Source of the DNA: Trichlorobacter lovleyi SZ
GTDB taxonomy: Bacteria; Desulfobacterota; Desulfuromonadia; Geobacterales; Pseudopelobacteraceae
NCBI RefSeq assembly: GCF_000020385.1
Contig: NC_010814.1
Span: 2,070,001 to 2,102,000 of the forward strand
Length of the DNA: 32,000 nt
Direction of reading: 5' to 3'
The position numbers were made by a program, and so were the translations under genes. Positions 16,314 to 23,845 of the stretch are shown here, piece by piece. Below the pieces are notes generated by a model, which worked only from the letters and a program-made list of their open reading frames with translations, was not told the DNA's origin and did no database searches. Numbering within the stretch: position 1 is the stretch's first letter; the number at the start of each line of letters is the position of its first letter.

Positions 16314-17251
16314 GCTCCGTTCAAAAACTCTGTGGCCTTTGCCACGTCTTCTTTGCAACCAATATAAATTGGTGCCCGCTGGTCAAGCCCCTCTGGTTGC
16401 ATGTCAAGGATCGGCATGCAACCGTTGGTGGCAGCACCGCCAGCCTGTTCAATCAGATAGGCCATAGGATTCAGTTCAAACAGAAGCCGCAGTTTTCCGT
16501 TGGGGGAATCAGTAAGGGCCGGGTACATGAAGATGCCTTTGCCCTTCATCAAAATCTGGTTGATGTCAGGCACAAATCCGCCTGAATAGCGCAGTTTTGA
16601 GCCTTTATCTTCCAGGTAACGGATGTAGGCCTCATTCTCAGGGGTATATTTCTTACGCAGACCACCTGGCGAGTAGATGTCTCCCGAGGGGTTCATCTGA
16701 ACCTTTTCACGGGTCAGAGTAAATTCCATCAGATGGTTCATGGTGAATTCGTAGACCCCCTTGCCCACCGAGTAGACCATGGAGACCCGCGGACCGTACA
16801 GAATATACATGGCTCCGACCATGTTGCGTCCCGGCTGCAGCAGGTTATCGCCCTGATAAATGCCGACAATGGTCCCTACGGCCAGGTTTACATCCACCAG
16901 TGAAGAACCATCCAGCGGATCATAAGCTACGGAGAACATCCCCAGAGGATTACTGGTTACCTGAAAAATTTCATCCATCTCTTCTGAGGCTATATTACAG
17001 ACAACCCCTGAATACATCAGTCTTTTTCGTAAAATACGGTCAGACAGGACATCCAGAGCCAACTGTTCTTCACCGTACAGGTTGGAGGTACCGGCGACCC
17101 CGAGATCTCCGGTACGAACCGCGTTGATCACATATTTACTGGCCTCGGCAATTTCGCACAACAGATGTACCAAGTTACCACTGATATTCTGCTCACGCAG
17201 ATGGCGACGAAAGTCGGTTTGAAATTTGGTGCTTCCGGGCTCCTTGCCCAT
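16304..17251 (-). CDS. fbp: fructose-1,6-bisphosphatase, class 1
   Basis: 315 aa. Has the ...DPLDGSSLVDVN... metal site and GGLRKKYTPENEAYI...LRYSGGFVPD, typical of class 1 FBPase. Confidence 0.92.
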   Translation of the reverse strand: MGKEPGSTKFQTDFRRHLREQNISGNLVHLLCEIAEASKYVINAVRTGDLGVAGTSNLYGEEQLALDVLSDRILRKRLMYSGVVCNIASEEMDEIFQVTSNPLGMFSVAYDPLDGSSLVDVNLAVGTIVGIYQGDNLLQPGRNMVGAMYILYGPRVSMVYSVGKGVYEFTMNHLMEFTLTREKVQMNPSGDIYSPGGLRKKYTPENEAYIRYLEDKGSKLRYSGGFVPDINQILMKGKGIFMYPALTDSPNGKLRLLFELNPMAYLIEQAGGAATNGCMPILDMQPEGLDQRAPIYIGCKEDVAKATEFLNGACA

Positions 17252-17292
17252 AAGACAGTCCTCCTGAACAGGTAGTGTGCTAGATTAAAATA

Positions 17293-17321
17293 TAGATAGT
17301 ACAGGATATGTCTGATTTCAA
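17293..17321 (-). promoter_or_regulatory. candidate sigma-70 promoter for fbp
   Basis: On the minus strand: TTGAAA (17321..17316), 17-nt spacer, TATCTA (17298..17293). It lies about 40 nt upstream of the fbp ATG. Confidence 0.35.
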
Positions 17322-17327
17322 GGGGAA

Positions 17328-18140
17328 TCAGGCAACAGCCAGCAGAGAGGCAAGATATGTTATCACCCCATCAAGGACAAAAATTGAAAAGAGACTGGTA
17401 ATGACAGCCCTGGTTGCAGCCTGGGGTATTTCCGTGGCGCTGGTGCCGACAGACATTCCGGCATTACAGCAGATCAGCGGGATAATCAGGCCAAATGCAG
17501 CTGCTTTTGCCATCAAGACAACCACTTCTCGTATTCCAAGTGAGGCAACGATCCCCTGAATAAACTGATCGTACGATATATGGTGGCCAAACGAGACAAT
17601 CAGAAAGCCACCTACAAAAGAAGTCAGCACAAAATAAATGGTAAGGAGCATGACGGAGGTGGCAGCACCTATGACGCGAGGTAACAACAGATACCGTTCG
17701 GGATCGATTCCCAATCGTTCCAACGCAGCAATTTCACCATTGATTTTCATAGCCCCCAGTTCGGCTGCAATGGCAGTGCCACTGCGAGCAATAACAATCA
17801 TTGCAGTTAAAAGAGGACCTAACTCAAGAAACACAACCCAGACCAGCACTTTGCCGATTAATGAGCCGTTTCCACCGCCAACCAGGCCAATCACCTGACT
17901 GACAATAACGGTTCCGAGAATAACAGCAACCAGCACAATGATTTTTGCAGCCTCAAGGCCGGTAAAATAGAGCTGCTTCAGTAATACCATGCGAATGGCA
18001 GGATTCCCAAGGGAGGGAGGACTGATCAATGATACCAGTGACTGCAGGATGAGTCGTGTAATGGTGACAAAAAACTGCCCCCGACGGAGTACAAAGGCCC
18101 CGATGCGTTCCGGGAACAGTACATTCGTCTCAGATGTCAT
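17328..18140 (-). CDS. MlaE-family ABC transporter permease (orphan: no ATPase or MlaD partner nearby)
   Basis: The multi-TM protein with ...ITRLILQSLVS...LYFTGLEAAKIIVLVAVILGTV...GPLLTAMIVIARSGTAIAAELGAMKINGEIAALE... is typical of MlaE/Ttg2B. The start is ambiguous (ATG 18140, 18152 or 18197). I chose 18140, which has GGATGGA upstream and an 11-nt overlap with the preceding gene. Confidence 0.75.
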   Translation of the reverse strand: MTSETNVLFPERIGAFVLRRGQFFVTITRLILQSLVSLISPPSLGNPAIRMVLLKQLYFTGLEAAKIIVLVAVILGTVIVSQVIGLVGGGNGSLIGKVLVWVVFLELGPLLTAMIVIARSGTAIAAELGAMKINGEIAALERLGIDPERYLLLPRVIGAATSVMLLTIYFVLTSFVGGFLIVSFGHHISYDQFIQGIVASLGIREVVVLMAKAAAFGLIIPLICCNAGMSVGTSATEIPQAATRAVITSLFSIFVLDGVITYLASLLAVA

Positions 18141-18918
18141 AGATGGTTCCATCCCGCAGCAGTTCAACCTGGCGGATTCCCATCTGCGCAATTTCATCCC
18201 GGATCAGATCGTAATACTGTGGTTTGGGATGGGTAATCAGAATCCGTTTGGGGAGTTCTGCGATCTTGGCCAACTCCTTTTCAAGCAATGAACAGCACAG
18301 ATGCTGTGTCAAAAGCGCCAACGCTTCCTGATTGTTGGGGAATGACACCTCAACTATCAGGACATCGGCACCTGATGCATAGCGCCAGATTTCATCAGTC
18401 GGGCCGGTGTCACCGGTGTAGACCAGGCGGCGTCCGGCATGTTCAACGCAATAGCCAACTGCCGGAACCGTGTGATGCACCGGTACTGCGGTCAGTGAGT
18501 AGCCGTCAATAGTGCGGCGTTCAGGAGTCAAATTGCCAAGTACAACCGGTTCAGACGGTTGAATGACATTAAAGCGCAACACCGGTTCTTCCGGCGTGGG
18601 CAGACAGGTGAAATCAGGCCAGATCAACCCATTAAACAAATGGGTACGCAGGGCTTCGATAACTGATAACGGTGCATAGACATCAACCAGATGGCGCAGA
18701 TTTTTGACGATTATATTGTCAGCCAGTGCCGGGATACCGCGGATATGATCCAGGTGGGCATGGGTAATAAAGATATTTCTGATTGACCATTGTTCTTCTT
18801 CAGTCAAAACAGAACCGATAGTGCCCGCATCAAGCAACAGTGAGTCATCAATCAGAAAGGCCGGCGGCCTGAAATCAGGAAATTCTGCCCCGGCACTTCC
18901 CAGAATACGCAGCTTCAT
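18130..18918 (-). CDS. MBL-fold metallo-hydrolase resembling class II 3',5'-cyclic-nucleotide phosphodiesterase
   Basis: 262 aa. MKLRILGSAG...FLIDDSLLLDAGT...ITHAHLDHIRGIP. The HxHLDH core matches the class II PDE / beta-lactamase-fold signature. Confidence 0.65.
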   Translation of the reverse strand: MKLRILGSAGAEFPDFRPPAFLIDDSLLLDAGTIGSVLTEEEQWSIRNIFITHAHLDHIRGIPALADNIIVKNLRHLVDVYAPLSVIEALRTHLFNGLIWPDFTCLPTPEEPVLRFNVIQPSEPVVLGNLTPERRTIDGYSLTAVPVHHTVPAVGYCVEHAGRRLVYTGDTGPTDEIWRYASGADVLIVEVSFPNNQEALALLTQHLCCSLLEKELAKIAELPKRILITHPKPQYYDLIRDEIAQMGIRQVELLRDGTIYDI

Positions 18919-18951
18919 CGCTTCTCCTCCCTGTTCACAGCTGATTCCGCA

Positions 18952-19656
18952 CTACTGAAACTGTTCTTTTAATTGCCGGATGATTTCAACCTGACGGCCG
19001 TAAATATACTGTGAAATGACTTTGTCTGCATTCTTATCGGGCTCAAATCGAAAGGTATGCACAAACTCACCTTCCTTTTCTGCAGATTTCACCAGCGTTG
19101 AAGGCAAGATCAAGTCTGAACCGTTGACTGAGAGTTGCAGAATGCCGTTTTCCGGGATACCCGCCGGTGCTGACTGTTGGTTATGAATTGCAACCCCGGA
19201 AACAGAAATATCATCAGCTCGACCGGACAGCGTTTGAGTGTCAGCCGTGTAGGCGGCCGGAACAAAACCATCAATTTTTACGCGAACTGCACCACGTCTT
19301 TCGGCACGAATTGAGGCATAAGCAAAACGTCCCAGCACCGCAAAACTGTTCTTTACATTGACATATTCAACAAAACAATGGACTCCCAAGCCTTGTGGAA
19401 AAGACGAACTGGTCAGCAAAGCCTGTTTTTGCAGGCCGAGGACTACCGATTGCGCCTGGTGTGCCGTAACTTCGATACAGTCGGCGTCGATTGAATCGAT
19501 TTTTGCAGAATAGCTGATCGGAACCTCATGATAGTAGTTCAATAATTTTAGATCGTTTTTTAGACGTCCTGCTTTCATCTCGCGCAGGGTGTGCAGGATC
19601 GCCTCCAAATCCTGTTTACCGTCTTTTATGCTTACGATCTGGAACGTTTCTCGCAC
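18952..19656 (-). CDS. PilZ domain protein (putative c-di-GMP receptor) with an N-terminal YcgR-like domain
   Basis: 234 aa. Both canonical c-di-GMP contact motifs are present: RxxxR (RAERRGAVR) and DxSxxG (DISVSGVAI). Confidence 0.75.
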   Translation of the reverse strand: MRETFQIVSIKDGKQDLEAILHTLREMKAGRLKNDLKLLNYYHEVPISYSAKIDSIDADCIEVTAHQAQSVVLGLQKQALLTSSSFPQGLGVHCFVEYVNVKNSFAVLGRFAYASIRAERRGAVRVKIDGFVPAAYTADTQTLSGRADDISVSGVAIHNQQSAPAGIPENGILQLSVNGSDLILPSTLVKSAEKEGEFVHTFRFEPDKNADKVISQYIYGRQVEIIRQLKEQFQ

Positions 19657-19674
19657 AATCCCCCCATACCAAAA

Positions 19675-20490
19675 TTACCTGAACGGCTGACAAACAGGGC
19701 AAAAATGGGTTCCCCTCTGACCAAGCCGTTCTTTAACAATCAAAGTACCACAGACAATGCATGGCCTGCCCCCCCTGCCATATACCGCAACCGGAAATGA
19801 GCCGGCCTCAAAGACACCATCAATATTGGCACCTTTGGCAGCCACAGCCTGAACCAGCACCCCATGCAGGGCATGATAAAAACGCTCTGCCTCTGATGAT
19901 GTCAGGTCTGCAGATAGCCTGGCAGGATGTAATTGAGCCCGGAATAGCGTTTCGTCAGCATAGATATTACCGACTCCTGCCACAAACCCCTGATCCAACA
20001 GTAACGGTTTTAACTGCCTCCGTGCACCATGCAAGCGATCTAAAAATGTCTTTTGCTGAATCAAGAGCGCATCAGGCCCCAGCTTACTGGTAACTTCTGA
20101 CGGATCATCAACCAGCCAGACTCGCCCAAAGGCACGGGGGTCATCAAAGCGAAGCGCCAAACCATGATCAAGCAGCAAGGCAAACCTGGTATGACGTTCT
20201 GCAATCTCCTGTTCCGGCACCAGAAACAGGCGACCGGTCATACGCAGATGCAGGGCCAGCCAGACACGTTTTGAAGCAGAGTGGCCTTGAAATCCAAAGA
20301 ACAGATACTTACCATGCCGGTAAACATCGCAACAGGTTGATCCTGTGACTGTTTGTACAACAGCGGAGGCCTCTCCATCAATCACCGAGTTGCGTAGAAT
20401 ACGTACCTCACGGACCAGCCTTCCTATTAATGACGGGTTACTGGTGGTCAGGCATTGCAGAACGCTTTCAACTTCCGGCAATTCAGGCAT
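19675..20490 (-). CDS. mutM: formamidopyrimidine-DNA glycosylase
   Basis: 271 aa. N-terminal MPELPEVE catalytic motif, an H2TH region and a C-terminal zinc finger CIVCG...CPVCQ. Confidence 0.93.
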   Translation of the reverse strand: MPELPEVESVLQCLTTSNPSLIGRLVREVRILRNSVIDGEASAVVQTVTGSTCCDVYRHGKYLFFGFQGHSASKRVWLALHLRMTGRLFLVPEQEIAERHTRFALLLDHGLALRFDDPRAFGRVWLVDDPSEVTSKLGPDALLIQQKTFLDRLHGARRQLKPLLLDQGFVAGVGNIYADETLFRAQLHPARLSADLTSSEAERFYHALHGVLVQAVAAKGANIDGVFEAGSFPVAVYGRGGRPCIVCGTLIVKERLGQRGTHFCPVCQPFR

Positions 20491-22580
20491 TATTTACTCT
20501 TGGCCGTATACACACCATCCCAGTCTGCTGGAGGCGGCGTTTCAAGATACTCTGCGCAACGATTACTGTAGAGACGTGAAGGACCATCGGAATAGTCAGC
20601 AACTAACCGGTTAAAGATCTGCTGTGCCGTAACAAACTGCTTTGCACGGTATTTTTCAAGCCCTTCTTCAAAGTGTGGCAATAGTTCAAGATTTGTAATC
20701 ATCAGCTCATACATGACAATCGGTAAATGTTTGCCTTTGACCCGTACGCGGTCAACTTCGCGGAATATAAATCGTCCGTCTGGCACCTGATTACGGGTAT
20801 CCTCACTGACCAGAATATGGGAACCATAATATTTGTTCAGCCCCTCCAGGCGGGAGGCCAGGTTGACCGAATCTCCGATGGCGGTGTAGTCAAAACGGAT
20901 ATCTGCCCCCATGTTACCTACAACCGCTGGTCCTGTGTTGATGCCGACTCCAATATCCAGAGTATGCATGCCACGTTCTGCAAACCCCTCATTCAAACGT
21001 TTTAACTCTTCAAGCATTCGGACAGCAGCAGCGCAGGCATGTTCTGCATGACCGGGAACATCCAGTGGCGCATTAAAGATTGCCATAACCGCATCGCCGA
21101 TAAATTTATCCAGCGTCCCCCTCTCTTCCAGAACAATCCTGGTCATGGGTGAAAGATATTCATTTAAAAGCGTTACAAGTTCAGGAGGTGTCAGACTTTC
21201 TGAAACCGTTGTAAAGCCACGGATATCTGAAAATAAAATTGAAATTTCACGTTGTTCCCCCCCCAGCACCAGCTTGTCAGGGTTCTTTTCAATTTCTCGT
21301 ACCAGATCAGGTGAAACATAGTTGGAAAAGGCCTTCTTCAGCTGTCGCCCCTTCTTTTCAACTACCAGGTTCCGCCAGGACTCGCTGCCCAGATAGGTCA
21401 GGCCGATACCAAGCATCGGGTAAATGACCGTCATATCGCGTAATCCCTGGGTAAATGCCAGATAATTGATGAGCGAAAACAGACCGGCTGTTCCAATAAA
21501 GGCAGCCAGACCGGCAAATGTGCCGGGTACGAAAGCCAGCACAATCCCCAGCAGGATCGGTAACAGCAGGATACAGAGCATTTCCTGCATTTGCGTAATC
21601 CCATCGTACTTCAGGAAACGACGTTCAAGGGCATTGGCTGCGACTGTGGCATGCAGCTCAACACCTGGCTGGGTTGCGTCAAACGGTGTCGGACGGATGT
21701 CGTAGATACCGATCTCAGTAGCGCCTACAAAGGCAATGGCGCCTTTCAGCTCATCAGGTTTCAGTCGTTTTTTGAGTACATCAGCTGCAGATACGGTTCT
21801 GAAGGAGTGAGCCGGTCCGTAATAATTTAACGACATAGTGCCGTCTTCACGGGAGGGAATGCGCAGGGAGCCGATCTGCAGACCATCAATGCCGTAGGAC
21901 TTCACCTCCAGCATGATATCACTGTTCAGATAGTGACGCAGCGCCTTCATGGCCAGTGAAGGATAGATATCGCCATTGTAAAGCAACAGCAGGATTGAAC
22001 GCCGGTATAATCCGTCACCATCAGGTCTGGCATTAAAAAAGCCGAAATCCAGTGCCCCGGCACCCAGTTGCGGCAGATTAACATCCAGATTGGCATATTC
22101 AGTCAGCGGAATGGATTGCACCCCTTCAGCAACTCTCATCAGCTTGACAGTTGCCCGCTCCATCTGGGCGATGGCTGCCGGATCAGCAGACTGTTCCTCT
22201 TCACGAAAAAAATAGCCCATGACCACATTGCCTGCCTTAGCAATAGAACTGGCCAGGGCAGCATCTGCGGCCGGGTTTTGGGGCTCTGAAAAGACAATAT
22301 CAAGTGCAGTGACTTTGACACCGTAGCTTGCCAGATTTTGGATCAAACGTCCGGTTACTTCACGGGACCAGGGCCAGCGACCGATCTCCTTGATGCTGGC
22401 ATGATCAATCGCCACCACCACAACATCCTTGTCCGGCTTAATCGGCCCCCGGACACGAAAGCGGGCATCCTTCATCCGGTAATCAAGCTGCTGCAACGCC
22501 TGGGGGGCCTGCCGATAGGCCGCAAACGTAAGGAGAGCGGCAATCAAACCAAAGACAACGAAAGCAAGGCGTTTTTTCAT
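20490..22580 (-). CDS. CHASE2 sensor domain - class III adenylate/guanylate cyclase
   Basis: 696 aa. N-terminal TM helix, a large extracytoplasmic region (DVVVVAIDHASIKEIGRWPWSR...), a TM bundle, then the cyclase core ISILFSDIRGFTTVSE...KFIGDAVMAIFNAP...GINTGPAVVGNMG...DYTAIGDSVNLASRLE. Confidence 0.88.
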   Translation of the reverse strand: MKKRLAFVVFGLIAALLTFAAYRQAPQALQQLDYRMKDARFRVRGPIKPDKDVVVVAIDHASIKEIGRWPWSREVTGRLIQNLASYGVKVTALDIVFSEPQNPAADAALASSIAKAGNVVMGYFFREEEQSADPAAIAQMERATVKLMRVAEGVQSIPLTEYANLDVNLPQLGAGALDFGFFNARPDGDGLYRRSILLLLYNGDIYPSLAMKALRHYLNSDIMLEVKSYGIDGLQIGSLRIPSREDGTMSLNYYGPAHSFRTVSAADVLKKRLKPDELKGAIAFVGATEIGIYDIRPTPFDATQPGVELHATVAANALERRFLKYDGITQMQEMLCILLLPILLGIVLAFVPGTFAGLAAFIGTAGLFSLINYLAFTQGLRDMTVIYPMLGIGLTYLGSESWRNLVVEKKGRQLKKAFSNYVSPDLVREIEKNPDKLVLGGEQREISILFSDIRGFTTVSESLTPPELVTLLNEYLSPMTRIVLEERGTLDKFIGDAVMAIFNAPLDVPGHAEHACAAAVRMLEELKRLNEGFAERGMHTLDIGVGINTGPAVVGNMGADIRFDYTAIGDSVNLASRLEGLNKYYGSHILVSEDTRNQVPDGRFIFREVDRVRVKGKHLPIVMYELMITNLELLPHFEEGLEKYRAKQFVTAQQIFNRLVADYSDGPSRLYSNRCAEYLETPPPADWDGVYTAKSK

Positions 22581-22590
22581 ACCGTTATGC

Positions 22591-23637
22591 CTACTTACCG
22601 ATACCGTTCAACAGGGTTTCGGCATTGCTGCGTTGTTTTCCCTGGGGATACAGCCTGAGATACTGCTCGAAGCGGAGTTTGGCCTGATCGTTAAAGCCCA
22701 TTTCAGCAAGGGTCTGGGCAGCATTAAACAGGGCAAATTCCGCCTGGGGCAGATTGGGGTACTCTTCCAGCACCAACAGATATTCTGCCAGGGCAAGTTC
22801 CGGGTTGGACAGGAAGCGGGCATACACTGCGCCGCGTTCCATATGGGCATCAGCCCGCACAGACTCCACCTTGGTCAGGTCCAGCGCAATCTGGAACACA
22901 TTCAAGGCGTCCTGATACTTGCCGCTGTCTGCCAGATAGTGACCGTGATTGATGTTCCAGCGAGCACAAATATCAACAATTTTTCCTGAGTCAGTCCACT
23001 CTTTGGGGGGCTCGGCAGCGGTTACACCATCGAATATCCCTTTTGCCTCAGCCAGCGGTGTACCCTGATCAACCTTAACCGGTTCTGCCGGGGGCAAGCC
23101 GCGGGTGTTCTGAACATAGGTGGATGAAGTAAGCGGCTGTTGACCTGATTTTCCATCGCCTGAAACAGATACGGTCCCTTCATTGCCAAAAAATACGTTG
23201 GCCTGCCCCTGAGACAGCATGAGGAACTCGGTACCCTTGATTCCGGCAACTGCCGTGCCGCTCTTCACCGTCATACCACTCTGCTTACCGCCGAACTTTA
23301 CCACTGAAGCCCGCAACTTGCCTTCAGCCAGATTAAAGGTACCTTCCCGCTTGTTTTTGGTCAGAAGGAAGCCGGTTACTTCAAATTCGGTGTTATTGGC
23401 AAGGGTGAAGGTACTCTTGTCATTCAGGGTCAGTTCAACCCAGCCTTTGGGACCGGTTTTGATCCAGGTACCGGTAGCAACAGCTGTGCCCTTTGCTAAC
23501 GGAGTATAGGGTACGCCGGCCTTAACCCGCATGTAGGCCTGGCCTGTAAGCCCGGTGATCTTTCCCACCGGCGCGGCAAAAGCCAGTACCGGCATGAGAA
23601 CGATGCCAACAAGCAGGATAAACAATTGTTTTTTCAT
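22591..23637 (-). CDS. exported FecR-domain protein with C-terminal TPR repeats
   Basis: 348 aa. Signal peptide; FecR-like beta region (GKITGLTGQAYMRV...TGTWIKTGPKGWVELTLNDKSTFTLANNTEF); C-terminal TPR-like helices. It starts 10 nt before the cyclase gene. Confidence 0.75.
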   Translation of the reverse strand: MKKQLFILLVGIVLMPVLAFAAPVGKITGLTGQAYMRVKAGVPYTPLAKGTAVATGTWIKTGPKGWVELTLNDKSTFTLANNTEFEVTGFLLTKNKREGTFNLAEGKLRASVVKFGGKQSGMTVKSGTAVAGIKGTEFLMLSQGQANVFFGNEGTVSVSGDGKSGQQPLTSSTYVQNTRGLPPAEPVKVDQGTPLAEAKGIFDGVTAAEPPKEWTDSGKIVDICARWNINHGHYLADSGKYQDALNVFQIALDLTKVESVRADAHMERGAVYARFLSNPELALAEYLLVLEEYPNLPQAEFALFNAAQTLAEMGFNDQAKLRFEQYLRLYPQGKQRSNAETLLNGIGK

Positions 23638-23845
23638 GATACACCTCCAGAAAAGATATCAGGCGAAGTTGCATTGGATGGGAGTAATCAGGCTGTTTTC
23701 CGCCGATTGTACCAGTATTTCAGCATGAGTCAAACGTTGACGCAGAAAATAACCTGTATCATTTTCTTGAGTATCAGCCGGTATCTGGTATTCTTGCACC
23801 GTTAGTCAGTATCAGTAAGCCCCAATCCCGGTTTGGAGTACAATC

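Noticed and set aside
16314-16358. Upstream ATG (16358) giving the 122-aa version of the acidic protein
   Set aside because: It would overlap the fbp coding end by 55 nt and add a basic MQRRRGKGHRVFERS leader with no SD. The ATG at 16313 or the GTGA-coupled GTG at 16307 fit better.
23786-23798. TGGTATTCTTGCA upstream of the GAF-GspE gene, which looks like a sigma-54 -24/-12 element
   Set aside because: The GG-to-GC distance is 9 nt instead of the required 12. The alternative upstream GG gives 16 nt. The spacing is therefore incompatible with RpoN promoters.
23638-23845. Possible c-di-GMP/cGAMP (GEMM) riboswitch in the long leaders near the signalling genes; also checked in 4581..4759 and 27386..27649
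   Set aside because: I could not find the conserved GEMM-I core strings (for example CACAGGGCAAACC or ACGCAAAGC with the paired GNRA/receptor arrangement) in any of these regions.
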